Assembly: GCA_964497515.1 (NCBI GenBank)
Contig: CAZCCV010000003.1
Location: 70,840-134,839 of the forward strand
Length of the DNA: 64,000 nt
Reading direction: 5' to 3'
Origin: an uncultured bacterium
GTDB taxonomy: Bacteria > Armatimonadota > UBA5829 > DTLH01
The stretch's first letter is position 1. Every line of letters begins with the position of its first letter. Positions 18,229 through 27,764 of the stretch are shown in pieces. The notes beneath the pieces are model-generated. The model made no database searches. It worked only from the letters and a program-made list of their open reading frames with translations, and was not told the origin of the DNA. The position numbers and the translations under genes were made by a program.

Positions 18229-19269
18229 ATGAATGTACCAGAAGTCCTTCGCATAGCTGGCACGATGCTGCTCGTTGCCGTGGTTATCCTCGGCTTTATT
18301 TTGGTCGCAGTCCTCTACATTATCTGGGGTCTGCGAAAAGTAATGGGCGATATCCAGGTAAGAGTGGGGCCGAACAGGGTTGGACCGTTCGGATTATTCC
18401 AGACCATTGCTGATGCCTTGAAACTCCTGCAGAAGGAAGACGTTATCCCGACAGGAGCAGACCGCTGGCTGTTTACCATAGCACCTGCTCTGGTGTTCAT
18501 CCCCGCTTATCTTGTTTACGTAGTGATGCCGTTTGGCAAAGGACTGATTGCCAAAGACCTCAACATTGGAATAGTGTACATCACTGCTATTACCAGTATA
18601 ACGGTCATTGGGATCATCATAGGCGGATGGGCATCTAACAACAAGTGGGCGCTTCTAGGTGCGTTTCGCGCCGCTGCGCAGCTTGTGGCTTACGAAGTTC
18701 CAATGATACTGGCACTTATGGTTCCTGTCATTTTTGCTGGCACCTTCAGTATGCAGGGAATCGTCGAGGCGCAGGCAGGAGGCTTCACTCGCTGGTTCAT
18801 ATTCCCTAACCTCAGCACCTTTGGAATACCAATAGTTGCGTTTGTCATTTACCTTACTGCGGGTCTTGCAGAGATTAATCATACGCCATTCGATATTATG
18901 GAAGCTGAGTCTGAGCTTGTCGCTGGATTCAACGTAGAGTACAGTGGGATGAAGTTCGCACTATTCTTCCTCGAAGAGTTTGCCGCTGCGTTTACCATAT
19001 GTGCAATTGCAGTGACTCTTTTCTTCGGCGGATGGCACGCTCCTTTGCCGTTTCTCGGAGATCAGTGGACAGGTCTTGCAGGAATGGCCGCATCGCTTTT
19101 CTGGTTCCTTTCGAAATCAATCCTCGGCGTGCTTGTTCTCATGTGGATACGTTCTACCTGGCCGAGGGTTAGAATGGATCAATTGATGAACCTGGGCTGG
19201 AAGATAATGATCCCCGCTGGGCTGGTGATGATTCTGGTCGCCGGGTCGGTTGCAGTGCTCGGGGGATAG
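18229..19269 (+). CDS. nuoH: NADH-quinone oxidoreductase subunit H
   Basis: Polytopic membrane protein with NuoH/ND1 signature regions. First gene of the nuo run. Confidence 0.9.
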   Translation: MNVPEVLRIAGTMLLVAVVILGFILVAVLYIIWGLRKVMGDIQVRVGPNRVGPFGLFQTIADALKLLQKEDVIPTGADRWLFTIAPALVFIPAYLVYVVMPFGKGLIAKDLNIGIVYITAITSITVIGIIIGGWASNNKWALLGAFRAAAQLVAYEVPMILALMVPVIFAGTFSMQGIVEAQAGGFTRWFIFPNLSTFGIPIVAFVIYLTAGLAEINHTPFDIMEAESELVAGFNVEYSGMKFALFFLEEFAAAFTICAIAVTLFFGGWHAPLPFLGDQWTGLAGMAASLFWFLSKSILGVLVLMWIRSTWPRVRMDQLMNLGWKIMIPAGLVMILVAGSVAVLGG

Positions 19270-19275
19270 TCGGCT

Positions 19276-19797
19276 ATGAAAAAACAGCCGCTCTACAAAG
19301 AAATCATATATACTTTCTCGAGCCTTGTTAAAGGGTTGGCGGTGACTTTTGTAAACCTGTTCAGAAAGAAAGTCACTCTTATGTATCCGGAGGAACGATG
19401 GCCGCTGCCAGACAATTACAGGGGGTTGCCTGTCCTTCCTGTAGATCCTGCAACTGGCAAGGTGCGATGTATTGCGTGTGGTGCGTGTGCAAGAGTCTGC
19501 CCTGAACAGATTATAACCATACAGCACGAAATAGGTGAGGACAAGAAGCGGAAGCTGGTAGAGTTTACTATCGATGCTTCGCGGTGTATGTTCTGCGGAC
19601 TCTGTGTTGAATCGTGCCCTACAAAAGGGTTAGTGACCAGCAAACTGTATGAACTATCGAGCTTTGATCGTGATCAGATGATCTTTAACCTGAAAGCACT
19701 GAGCGAGCTGGGCGGCACCTTCCACGAGGAGCCGGAGCCTGATTCTGAGTGCCAAGAGAAGGATAATCCTTCCACAGAAGGAGCGGCAGAAGAATGA
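19276..19797 (+). CDS. nuoI: NADH-quinone oxidoreductase subunit I (2x[4Fe-4S])
   Basis: Two CxxCxxCxxxCP ferredoxin motifs (CIACGACARVCP, CMFCGLCVESCP). Confidence 0.9.
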   Translation: MKKQPLYKEIIYTFSSLVKGLAVTFVNLFRKKVTLMYPEERWPLPDNYRGLPVLPVDPATGKVRCIACGACARVCPEQIITIQHEIGEDKKRKLVEFTIDASRCMFCGLCVESCPTKGLVTSKLYELSSFDRDQMIFNLKALSELGGTFHEEPEPDSECQEKDNPSTEGAAEE

Positions 19798-20315
19798 TAC
19801 CCTACGGACACTCTTTGACCTTTGCCGCTATTGCGGCGATGACTATAGCATCTGCAGTTCTGGTAGTTACAGTGCCGAACATCCTTCGATCTGCACTTTT
19901 TCTGGCATTTACGTTCCTAGGCGTTGCAGGGCTCTATGTGCTTGCCAACGCTGAGTTTCTGGCTGCCATGCAGGTGCTCATTTATGTGGGCGCCATCACT
20001 GTGCTTATTATGTTCGCCATTGTTCTAACGCAGCAGCTTATGGGGGCAAAGATTCGACAGGCGACGAACCTCCGAATGGTGATTCTCGGAGCTCCAATTG
20101 CTGGGTTAGTCTTTGTTTTCCTGGTAAAGGCGTTTATTCAGCCGCTTTCGGAGATGAAGTTCAACGCTACTCCTGCTCCAGCAGGAACTGAGACCATTAA
20201 GCTTATCGCCAAATCACTGATTAGGCCACACGTTCTTCCGTTTGAGCTGGCCTCGTTTGTACTGTTGGTAGCGCTTATTGGTGCCATCGTCATTGCAAAG
20301 GAGGACAGAAAATGA
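19794..20315 (+). CDS. nuoJ: NADH-quinone oxidoreductase subunit J
   Basis: Membrane protein. ATGA overlap with nuoI. Position in the operon. Confidence 0.85.
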   Translation: MIPYGHSLTFAAIAAMTIASAVLVVTVPNILRSALFLAFTFLGVAGLYVLANAEFLAAMQVLIYVGAITVLIMFAIVLTQQLMGAKIRQATNLRMVILGAPIAGLVFVFLVKAFIQPLSEMKFNATPAPAGTETIKLIAKSLIRPHVLPFELASFVLLVALIGAIVIAKEDRK

Positions 20316-20638
20316 TTCCTGAGCATCCTCCTGTCCATTGGTACCTTTATGTATCTGCTGCACTCTTCGCGATAGGGATATTCGGTATGATGACACGCCG
20401 AAATGCTATCGCGATGCTTATGTCTATCGAGCTAATGCTAAACGCTGCAAATATCAATCTGGTAGCCTTTTCGGGCTACCTGAAGAATCCGGCAGAGCCG
20501 CTATCGGGTCAGATATTTGCTCTGTTTGTGATAGCTGTTGCAGCCGCCGAAGTCGCGGTGGGACTGGCAATTGTGATAAACGTCTATCGTACGGTCAGAC
20601 ACATCAATGCTGACGAAATCGACACTATGAAGTGGTAA
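20312..20638 (+). CDS. nuoK: NADH-quinone oxidoreductase subunit K
   Basis: About 100-aa, 3-TM protein. ATGA overlap with nuoJ. Confidence 0.85.
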   Translation: MIPEHPPVHWYLYVSAALFAIGIFGMMTRRNAIAMLMSIELMLNAANINLVAFSGYLKNPAEPLSGQIFALFVIAVAAAEVAVGLAIVINVYRTVRHINADEIDTMKW

Positions 20639-20642
20639 CCGA

Positions 20643-22751
20643 ATGATACAATCCGCCTGGTTGATTCCAACAATACCGTTAGCGGCATTTGTCGTAATCA
20701 TAGCTCTTGGGCCAAAACTTAAGAGCAATGCTGCGTACGTTGCCATTGCAGCAATTGCATCGTCGTTTGTGCTGTCTGTAGGTATCGGGTACGAGTTCTT
20801 TTTTATTCATGGCGGACACGATTCGGTTTCGGTGTTAGTCAACTGGGCTCCAACGGGACTCAGCCAGATGAGAATGGGTTTTACGGTCGATTCTCTTACA
20901 ATCCTGATGCTTATGGTTGTGACGATCGTAAGCTTCATGGTGCATGTGTACTCGGTTGGCTATATGCACGGAGACCCACGCTATCCGCGGTTCTTTGCAT
21001 TCCTTGCGCTCTTCAGCTCTGCGATGCTCTCTCTTGTCGTCGCAAATACCATTCTGCTGATGTACATAAGCTGGGAGCTTGTTGGTCTTACATCGTACCT
21101 ACTCATTGGATTCTGGTTCGAAAAACCCGAAGCGATGCGCGCTGCCAAAAAGGCATTCCTCGTGACCAAGGTGGGGGACGTTGGTTTCTTCCTGGGTCTG
21201 ATGATTCTCTATCTCAATACGGGCTCGATTGAACTGTCGGCAATATTCCAACAGATTGAGCATCTGAAGACACTGCCGAGTGTCCATATTCCCGCCGTTG
21301 GTGCGATTGCGTCGATCATACTTGGGATTGCAGCGTATGGTTTCGCTGCAGCAATACTTCGAGGCGCAAAACTTCGAGTTCCTGTAGCATTGGTCGCAGC
21401 CGTAGCTATTGGTGGTATAGCGTACGCAGTGCTTGGATCGTTTGGAATTACGCTCTCATTGCTCGCTGTTGCTGCACTTCTTCTGTTTTGGGGAGCAATG
21501 GGCAAATCTGCACAGTTCCCGTTGCACGTTTGGCTGCCGGATGCTATGCAGGGCCCTACACCTGTCAGCGCATTGATTCACGCTGCTACGATGGTCGCCG
21601 CTGGTGTGTACTTGGTCGCAAGAATGTATCCTGTTTTCCACGCAGACCCGGTCGCGCTGAATACTGTCGCAGTAATTGGCGCGTTTACTGCTGTTTTTGC
21701 AGCAACAATGGGTCTTGTGATGAACGATATCAAGCAAGTTTTGGCTTATTCCACAATCAGCCAGCTTGGATATATGATGATGGGGCTTGGTGTTGGTGGA
21801 TACACCGCTGGAGTCTTCCACCTTATGACGCATGCATACTTCAAAGCTAACCTGTTTTTGGGTTCCGGAAGCGTTATCCACGGCACCGGCACGCAGGATA
21901 TGCGGCAGATGGGCGGACTTGCCCGGAAGATGCCGTGGACGTTCCTTACATTTGCTATAGCAACACTGGCTCTCATCGGATTCCCGCTTACCGCAGGGTT
22001 CTTCAGCAAGGATGAAATCCTCCTTTCGGCGTACTATTGGTCGGGCGGAAAGATGATCTTCTACGCAGGTGTGCTTGGAGCATTTCTCACTGCGTTTTAT
22101 ATGACCAGGCTCATTGCTATGACTTTCCTCGGCAAGCCGCGCGATCCCAGTGTTCATGCTTACGAAAGCTCAAAAGTGATGCTGATACCACTAGGTGTTC
22201 TGGCGGTTCTTTCGGTTGCTGCCGGTTATGTCGGGGCACCCTGGCACAACGTTCTTTCCAAGTACGTTGCATTTGGCCACGGCGAACACGAGTTTTTGTG
22301 GAGCGTGATGTGGACTGGAACCGGAGCGGGTCTCTTTGGAATACTTATGGGCACGCTCATCTGGGTGAAACCTGTAATTAGAATCTCTGCGCTTAAACCC
22401 GCGTTTGGATGGGTGCAAACACTTGTTGCTAACAAATACTATATGGACGATATCTACGATATTGTAGTTATTCGCCCGCTGATGGTTTCAACGCGAGCAC
22501 TCTTTGCTTTCGATAGATGGATAATCGATACAGGAATTGTAAACGGTGTAGCCTGGATTACATTGCAACTGTCGAGATTCTGGGCTCTGTTCGATCGCTA
22601 CGTCGTAGACGGCATTGTGAATCTCATAGCTAAGATTGCGGAGCTCGCTGGCAGGTCTCTTAGATATGTGCAGACCGGCGTCTCCCAGCATTACGCACTG
22701 ATACTCGTCGCCAGCATTGTTGTGATGGGCTGGTACTTTGTACTGAGATAG
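20643..22751 (+). CDS. nuoL: NADH-quinone oxidoreductase subunit L
   Basis: 702-aa antiporter-like subunit (NuoL/ND5). Confidence 0.9.
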   Translation: MIQSAWLIPTIPLAAFVVIIALGPKLKSNAAYVAIAAIASSFVLSVGIGYEFFFIHGGHDSVSVLVNWAPTGLSQMRMGFTVDSLTILMLMVVTIVSFMVHVYSVGYMHGDPRYPRFFAFLALFSSAMLSLVVANTILLMYISWELVGLTSYLLIGFWFEKPEAMRAAKKAFLVTKVGDVGFFLGLMILYLNTGSIELSAIFQQIEHLKTLPSVHIPAVGAIASIILGIAAYGFAAAILRGAKLRVPVALVAAVAIGGIAYAVLGSFGITLSLLAVAALLLFWGAMGKSAQFPLHVWLPDAMQGPTPVSALIHAATMVAAGVYLVARMYPVFHADPVALNTVAVIGAFTAVFAATMGLVMNDIKQVLAYSTISQLGYMMMGLGVGGYTAGVFHLMTHAYFKANLFLGSGSVIHGTGTQDMRQMGGLARKMPWTFLTFAIATLALIGFPLTAGFFSKDEILLSAYYWSGGKMIFYAGVLGAFLTAFYMTRLIAMTFLGKPRDPSVHAYESSKVMLIPLGVLAVLSVAAGYVGAPWHNVLSKYVAFGHGEHEFLWSVMWTGTGAGLFGILMGTLIWVKPVIRISALKPAFGWVQTLVANKYYMDDIYDIVVIRPLMVSTRALFAFDRWIIDTGIVNGVAWITLQLSRFWALFDRYVVDGIVNLIAKIAELAGRSLRYVQTGVSQHYALILVASIVVMGWYFVLR

Positions 22752-22771
22752 TTTTCGGCTCGACCTGAGGA

Positions 22772-24322
22772 TTGCATTTGATGAATACATGGATTCTTAC
22801 TCTTATAACGCTCATTCCGCTAATGGGAGCCATAATAGTGGCGTTTATCCCGAAAGAGCGGCAGAGCGCAGTGAAATGGACGTCTATCGTCATCAGCATG
22901 ATCCCGCTGGGACTGGCAACGTGGCTTTGGTTTGCTTATCAGGCGACGACTGCAGGACAGTTCCCTCACTCTATTCAGTTCAAAGTTGATATTCCGTGGA
23001 TTCCGCAGATCAATGTGCACTACCTTATGGGTGTGGATGGCATCAGTGTTCCGATGATCTTCCTCTCAGCGCTCCTTACGCCGATCTGTCTGATCTATTC
23101 ACTGATAATCGAAAACAGGGCAAAAGAATACTACTTCCTCTTCCTGTTGCTCGAAACCGGAATGATTGGAACATTCGTGGCGCTGGACTTCTTCCTGTTC
23201 TATGTGTTCTGGGAGCTTATGCTGGTGCCGATGTACTTCCTTATAGGTATCTGGGGCGGGCCAAGACGAGAGTACGCTGCTATCAAGTTCTTCCTTTATA
23301 CTCTGGTCGGCAGCGTTGCAATGCTTCTTGCTATACTCGCGCTATACTTCACTTCCGAGCCACATACATTCAATATGCTGACGATGGCCAATAGCGGGAT
23401 GGATGCTGCACTCACTGCCAAATATGGGTTGGTTGCGGCGCCGCTCGTGTTCTGGGCATTGTTCCTAGGTTTTGCTATCAAAGTGCCTATATGGCCTTTC
23501 CATACCTGGCTTCCGGATGCTCACGTTGAGGCTCCAACGGCTGGTTCGGTCATCCTGGCTGGAGTGTTGCTGAAGATGGGAACCTACGGTTTCCTGCGTA
23601 TTCTTCTGCCTATACTGCCGCAGACTTGCCAGCGTTTCTGGTTGCCGCTCGCACTGCTCGCGCTGATATCCATTATCTATGGTGCTCTCGTTGCAATGGC
23701 GCAAAAGGATCTGAAGAAGCTGATTGCGTATTCCAGCGTAAACCATATGGGTTACGTAATGCTCGGTATCGCGGCTGCAGTGTCTGTTACCAAAATGACG
23801 ATAGACGATAGAGCTATGGCGCTAAACGGCGCTATGGTGCAGATGTTTGCCCACGGAATCATCACGGGCGCGCTCTTCCTTCTGGTCGGAGTGATTTATG
23901 AGCGCGCGCACACCAGAGATTTGGATTCTTTTGGAGGGCTTGGCGCAAGGATTCCGGTTTTTGGAGGACTCTTCTGGGTGGCGTGTTTTGCGTCTCTCGG
24001 ACTTCCGCCGCTCGCAGGGTTTATCGGCGAGTTCTTCGTGTTTAGAGGTGCTTTTGCGGCGAGTGTGCCGATCACTGCTTTAGCGACAATCGGCCTTGTT
24101 GTTACTGCGGCCTATCTGCTGTGGACGATCCAGAGGGTCTTGCTGGGGCCGCTTAACCCAAAGTATGAAAAGATGCGCGATGCTGATGGCAGAGAATTGA
24201 TAAGTCTGGCGCCGCTGATGGTGCTGATGGTTCTCTTCGGCGTATTGCCAACGCTGTTGCTCCGCCTTCTGAACCCGGCATCTATCACAATTGCAAATAT
24301 ATTTGCCAATCTGGCGAAGTAG
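22772..24322 (+). CDS. nuoM: NADH-quinone oxidoreductase subunit M
   Basis: 516-aa antiporter-like subunit (NuoM/ND4). Confidence 0.9.
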   Translation: MHLMNTWILTLITLIPLMGAIIVAFIPKERQSAVKWTSIVISMIPLGLATWLWFAYQATTAGQFPHSIQFKVDIPWIPQINVHYLMGVDGISVPMIFLSALLTPICLIYSLIIENRAKEYYFLFLLLETGMIGTFVALDFFLFYVFWELMLVPMYFLIGIWGGPRREYAAIKFFLYTLVGSVAMLLAILALYFTSEPHTFNMLTMANSGMDAALTAKYGLVAAPLVFWALFLGFAIKVPIWPFHTWLPDAHVEAPTAGSVILAGVLLKMGTYGFLRILLPILPQTCQRFWLPLALLALISIIYGALVAMAQKDLKKLIAYSSVNHMGYVMLGIAAAVSVTKMTIDDRAMALNGAMVQMFAHGIITGALFLLVGVIYERAHTRDLDSFGGLGARIPVFGGLFWVACFASLGLPPLAGFIGEFFVFRGAFAASVPITALATIGLVVTAAYLLWTIQRVLLGPLNPKYEKMRDADGRELISLAPLMVLMVLFGVLPTLLLRLLNPASITIANIFANLAK

Positions 24323-24329
24323 GCTGCAC

Positions 24330-25895
24330 ATGAGTAATCTTCCATTCGATTCGATATATGCGGCACCGGTCTTGATGCTGGGAGTATTCGGAATTGTTGT
24401 TCTGATACTCGGAGTTGCCGCCGACCGTCGGCCGAAGGGCAGACTCAACCACTTCCTGCCGCCGGAATACTTCTCTATTGCTCTGATGACTGCTGCCGTT
24501 GTGGTGACGGCAATCGCGCTTTGGAAATATTCCACGATGATTCCGATACAGTCCGTCGACTATGTACGCAATATGGTTCACATCGACGCATTCGGCATCT
24601 TCTTCGGACTGATAGCGACAATTGGCACTCTCATAGTTATGGTTCTGTCGCTGGAATACTTTGGCGACCATAATACGAAACACCGCGCGGAATACTTCTC
24701 ATTGCTGATCTTTGCCACAGCGGCGATTATGATTGTTGCAGTTGCTGCCGACCTGTTGATGATCTATCTTTCGCTCGAGTTTTTGAGCCTTGCATCCTAT
24801 GTTCTGGCATCGTATTGGAAGAACGACGAGAAATCGAGCGAAGCAGGTATCAAATATTTCCTGTTTGGTGCTATTTCCTCTGCGGTTATGCTCTACGGTA
24901 TGTCGATGCTCTACGGCATTGCTGGTTCAACGAGTCTGAAGGCAGTGGCAGCTTCGATGATCGATCCTATAAACAGCAGCACTGCTGCACTCGCTGCCGT
25001 AGTTATGGTTCTGGTCGGGCTGGGCTTCAAGCTGGCTCTTGTGCCGTTCCACTTGTGGGCTCCAGACACCTACGAAGGTGCGCCTACTCCGATTACTGCC
25101 TGGCTTTCGGTAGCATCGAAGGCGGGCGGTCTGGCGGTTGTAGCAAGATTCCTTCTGGTAGGTGTGCCCCTACAATGGGCCGAGGGTGCAGTTGCTCTGC
25201 AGAGTATAGACTGGTACTCTATTGTGCTGGTTCTCTCTGCGGTAAGTATGACACTTGGCAACCTGGTGGCAATAACTCAGCACAACATTAAGAGGATGCT
25301 TGCCTATTCCAGCATCGCCCAGGTAGGTTACATGATGATAGGTATACTTGCCGCTGTAGCTGGGACACAGAGGCTAGCTCTAAGCACTACTTTCGATTCC
25401 TTCACAACAACTAACTACGGTTTTGCCGGTCTTCTGATCTACGCGGCCAGCTATCTGTTCATGAACCTCGGCGCCTTTGCTGTTGCGATTGCGATTGAGC
25501 GCAAGTCGGGGAGTTCAGAGATTTCGTCGTTTACTGATCTTGGCCGCCGTGCACCGTTTCTTGCAGCGTCGCTGGTGGTATTCTTCCTGTCACTCGCAGG
25601 TATTCCACCAACAGCAGGCTTCATTGGCAAGCTGTACGTATTTGGAGGTGCGATTCAGACGGGCAGAACCGATCTTCTTATACTGGCACTCATTGCCATC
25701 GCGAACAGCGTGATATCGGTTTACTACTACTTCAACGTGGTGCGGGTGATGTATATGAAGGAACTCGACTCACCAGAACCGCTTCGTGCATCTGGTTCGT
25801 TGAAGACTGTGGTAGCTCTAATGCTGATAGTGGTTCTGGCTATCGGAGTGTTTGCGGGGCCGTTAATCCACCTTTCTCGAGGAGCTACTTTCTGA
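24330..25895 (+). CDS. nuoN: NADH-quinone oxidoreductase subunit N
   Basis: Antiporter-like subunit (NuoN/ND2). Start is MSNLPFDS; the longer ORF from 24291 overlaps nuoM. Confidence 0.85.
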   Translation: MSNLPFDSIYAAPVLMLGVFGIVVLILGVAADRRPKGRLNHFLPPEYFSIALMTAAVVVTAIALWKYSTMIPIQSVDYVRNMVHIDAFGIFFGLIATIGTLIVMVLSLEYFGDHNTKHRAEYFSLLIFATAAIMIVAVAADLLMIYLSLEFLSLASYVLASYWKNDEKSSEAGIKYFLFGAISSAVMLYGMSMLYGIAGSTSLKAVAASMIDPINSSTAALAAVVMVLVGLGFKLALVPFHLWAPDTYEGAPTPITAWLSVASKAGGLAVVARFLLVGVPLQWAEGAVALQSIDWYSIVLVLSAVSMTLGNLVAITQHNIKRMLAYSSIAQVGYMMIGILAAVAGTQRLALSTTFDSFTTTNYGFAGLLIYAASYLFMNLGAFAVAIAIERKSGSSEISSFTDLGRRAPFLAASLVVFFLSLAGIPPTAGFIGKLYVFGGAIQTGRTDLLILALIAIANSVISVYYYFNVVRVMYMKELDSPEPLRASGSLKTVVALMLIVVLAIGVFAGPLIHLSRGATF

Positions 25896-25980
25896 GATCG
25901 TAGATCCAAAATCATAGGGTGTGAAAACGAGACGCGACACTATTGAATCGCAGCAATACTGCGAATTATACACCAAAATC

Positions 25981-26022
25981 TGTGGATAACCTGATACTTT
26001 TCCACAGGTTATTTGTGGAAAA
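25981..26022. promoter_or_regulatory. cluster of three DnaA-box-like 9-mers
   Basis: TGTGGATAA at 25981-25989 is the reverse complement of consensus TTATCCACA. TTTTCCACA at 25998-26006 and TGTGGAAAA at 26014-26022 each have one mismatch. All sit in the convergent nuoN / zinc-ribbon-gene gap. Confidence 0.35.
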
Positions 26023-26416
26023 ACTCGGGGATGACGTGGATCTCTACGTGCAGAATTTTTAGAATTGCAGCAATTACAGTAAGGCTGACCAGACCCGATA
26101 TTGCCATAACCCTGCCGGTTGTCCGCTGCTCTTTGTCCTTTGCCAGGATCGAATACAATACTCCCACAGGTAAGGCCAAATAGGGAACCAGCACTCCTGA
26201 CCCAACAGCAAGCCAACGTGCGAATCTGCTGAACTTCGTTACAGAGAGCTTTGGCTCTACCGAAAACCCAAACATCTCTTCAGATATGCTGTCTGAATAG
26301 CAGATTAAACAGAACTCGTCTGTAATGCACTTCTCGCATACCCGACGACCGCATTTGGGACACGGCCACTTACTCTCGTTCTGTTGGCAAATTTCACACG
26401 TCGGCTTTGTGTTCAC
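26009..26416 (-). CDS. membrane protein with N-terminal double zinc-ribbon (4x CxxC)
   Basis: CEIC, CPKC, CEKC, CLIC pairs, then two predicted TM helices. No other domain. Confidence 0.5.
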   Translation of the reverse strand: MNTKPTCEICQQNESKWPCPKCGRRVCEKCITDEFCLICYSDSISEEMFGFSVEPKLSVTKFSRFARWLAVGSGVLVPYLALPVGVLYSILAKDKEQRTTGRVMAISGLVSLTVIAAILKILHVEIHVIPEFFHK

Positions 26417-26424
26417 TCTTACTG

Positions 26425-27663
26425 CTACGCTCCGAACTTTTCTTGAACTGTCATTAGCTGCGTGATGATGTTCATAATGTCTGTGCCTCTTATTCTATGA
26501 ACACTGCCTTTCGCAGCAGATCGTTCACCGAATGTTTGAACATCGTCTGTCCTCACACCCGGACCCCAGAAGACTATCGGAACAGGGTCACCGGAATGAT
26601 CTTTCACGGCAACAGGTGTCGAGTGGTCTGCTGTCAACACGATATATGTATCAGCATCGCAGTTATCAACAAGATACTTTACCATCTCGTCGAGCTTTGC
26701 GATCAGTTCAATCTTTGCCTGCGGTTTTGCATCGTGTCCGCCAACATCGGCACCCTTCACGTTGCAAAGGACAAAGTTGTGTGAATCGAAAGCGCGAACA
26801 ATGGCTTTTGCCATAGCTATGAGATCAGAATCAAGTCCGCCTGTCGCCTCAGGAACTTCAATATTCTGCATCCCCACGTACTGCGCCACGCCTTTGATCA
26901 ACCCGGTTTCAGCCACGCAAGCGCTTTTTATGTTGCATTGCTCATTGATCGGCGTGAGATGCGGGGCAAGGCCTGCACCTCTCGGCAGGATGATATTCGC
27001 CGGGTTCAAGCCTTTGGATTCGCGATTCTTGTTGACCGGATGGTCTTTCAGGGCAGCGTAAGACCGCTTCACGAACTCGTTTACAATACGAGCAGTTTTG
27101 ACACTGGCGGTATCATCTGGGTCGATAGCTGTTGACTCGTGGACTTTGGCATCTTCAACGTGTGGATCGGTATCGGTTATAGCCGCGCCGAGCCCAGGCC
27201 CTCTAAGCACCATTGCACATCGGTGCGCAACGGACTTTTTAAACAGACACGTAACGTCTTCTATCTGCATTCCGTTCAAATCTGCGGCGAGTTCGTGAGT
27301 GCCTTCGGTAATCCGTCCAGCTCGTCTATCTACGACGGTCATATCATCGGTAACAGTCGTAAAATTGCAGCGGAATGCGATGTCTCCGTGCTGAACATCC
27401 ATTCCGATTCCGGCTGCCTCGAACGGCCCTCTGCCTGTATAGACTTTATGGGGATCGTAACCCAGGATTGCAAGATGCGAAGTGTCGCTCCCGGCTCTTA
27501 TACCAGGAGCTATCGGATCCATAATTCCGCACTCGCCTTCAGCCGCCAGGCGGTCTATGTTTGGTTTATTCGCAGCTTCAAGTGGAGTCTTTCCACCCAG
27601 TTCCGGCACTGGCCGGTCTCCTAACCCATCACCGATGAGTAGTATTGCTTTCGGTCCTTCCAT
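26425..27663 (-). CDS. apgM: 2,3-bisphosphoglycerate-independent phosphoglycerate mutase, archaeal type
   Basis: KAILLIGDGLGDRP ... metalloenzyme fold typical of ApgM. Start at ATG 27663 (RBS GGAGGA). Upstream extension to 27723 is unlikely. Confidence 0.8.
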   Translation of the reverse strand: MEGPKAILLIGDGLGDRPVPELGGKTPLEAANKPNIDRLAAEGECGIMDPIAPGIRAGSDTSHLAILGYDPHKVYTGRGPFEAAGIGMDVQHGDIAFRCNFTTVTDDMTVVDRRAGRITEGTHELAADLNGMQIEDVTCLFKKSVAHRCAMVLRGPGLGAAITDTDPHVEDAKVHESTAIDPDDTASVKTARIVNEFVKRSYAALKDHPVNKNRESKGLNPANIILPRGAGLAPHLTPINEQCNIKSACVAETGLIKGVAQYVGMQNIEVPEATGGLDSDLIAMAKAIVRAFDSHNFVLCNVKGADVGGHDAKPQAKIELIAKLDEMVKYLVDNCDADTYIVLTADHSTPVAVKDHSGDPVPIVFWGPGVRTDDVQTFGERSAAKGSVHRIRGTDIMNIITQLMTVQEKFGA

Positions 27664-27764
27664 TGTATATCCTCCAAGATTGGCGCAGTTATCAATAATG
27701 TGGGGTGTGCAACGATCGGGCATCTTGCTTCAGCAGTTCGCAAGACAAAAACGAAGGATTCGCT

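Noticed and set aside
20981-22435. Multiple 60-230-aa ORFs inside nuoL (e.g. 21456-22157 minus) and similar antisense ORFs inside pnp (45788-46894), ppdK (33047-35554) and hcp
   Set aside because: They are antisense shadows of high-GC genes. The host genes have unambiguous family signatures, and none of the shadows has a start-site signal.
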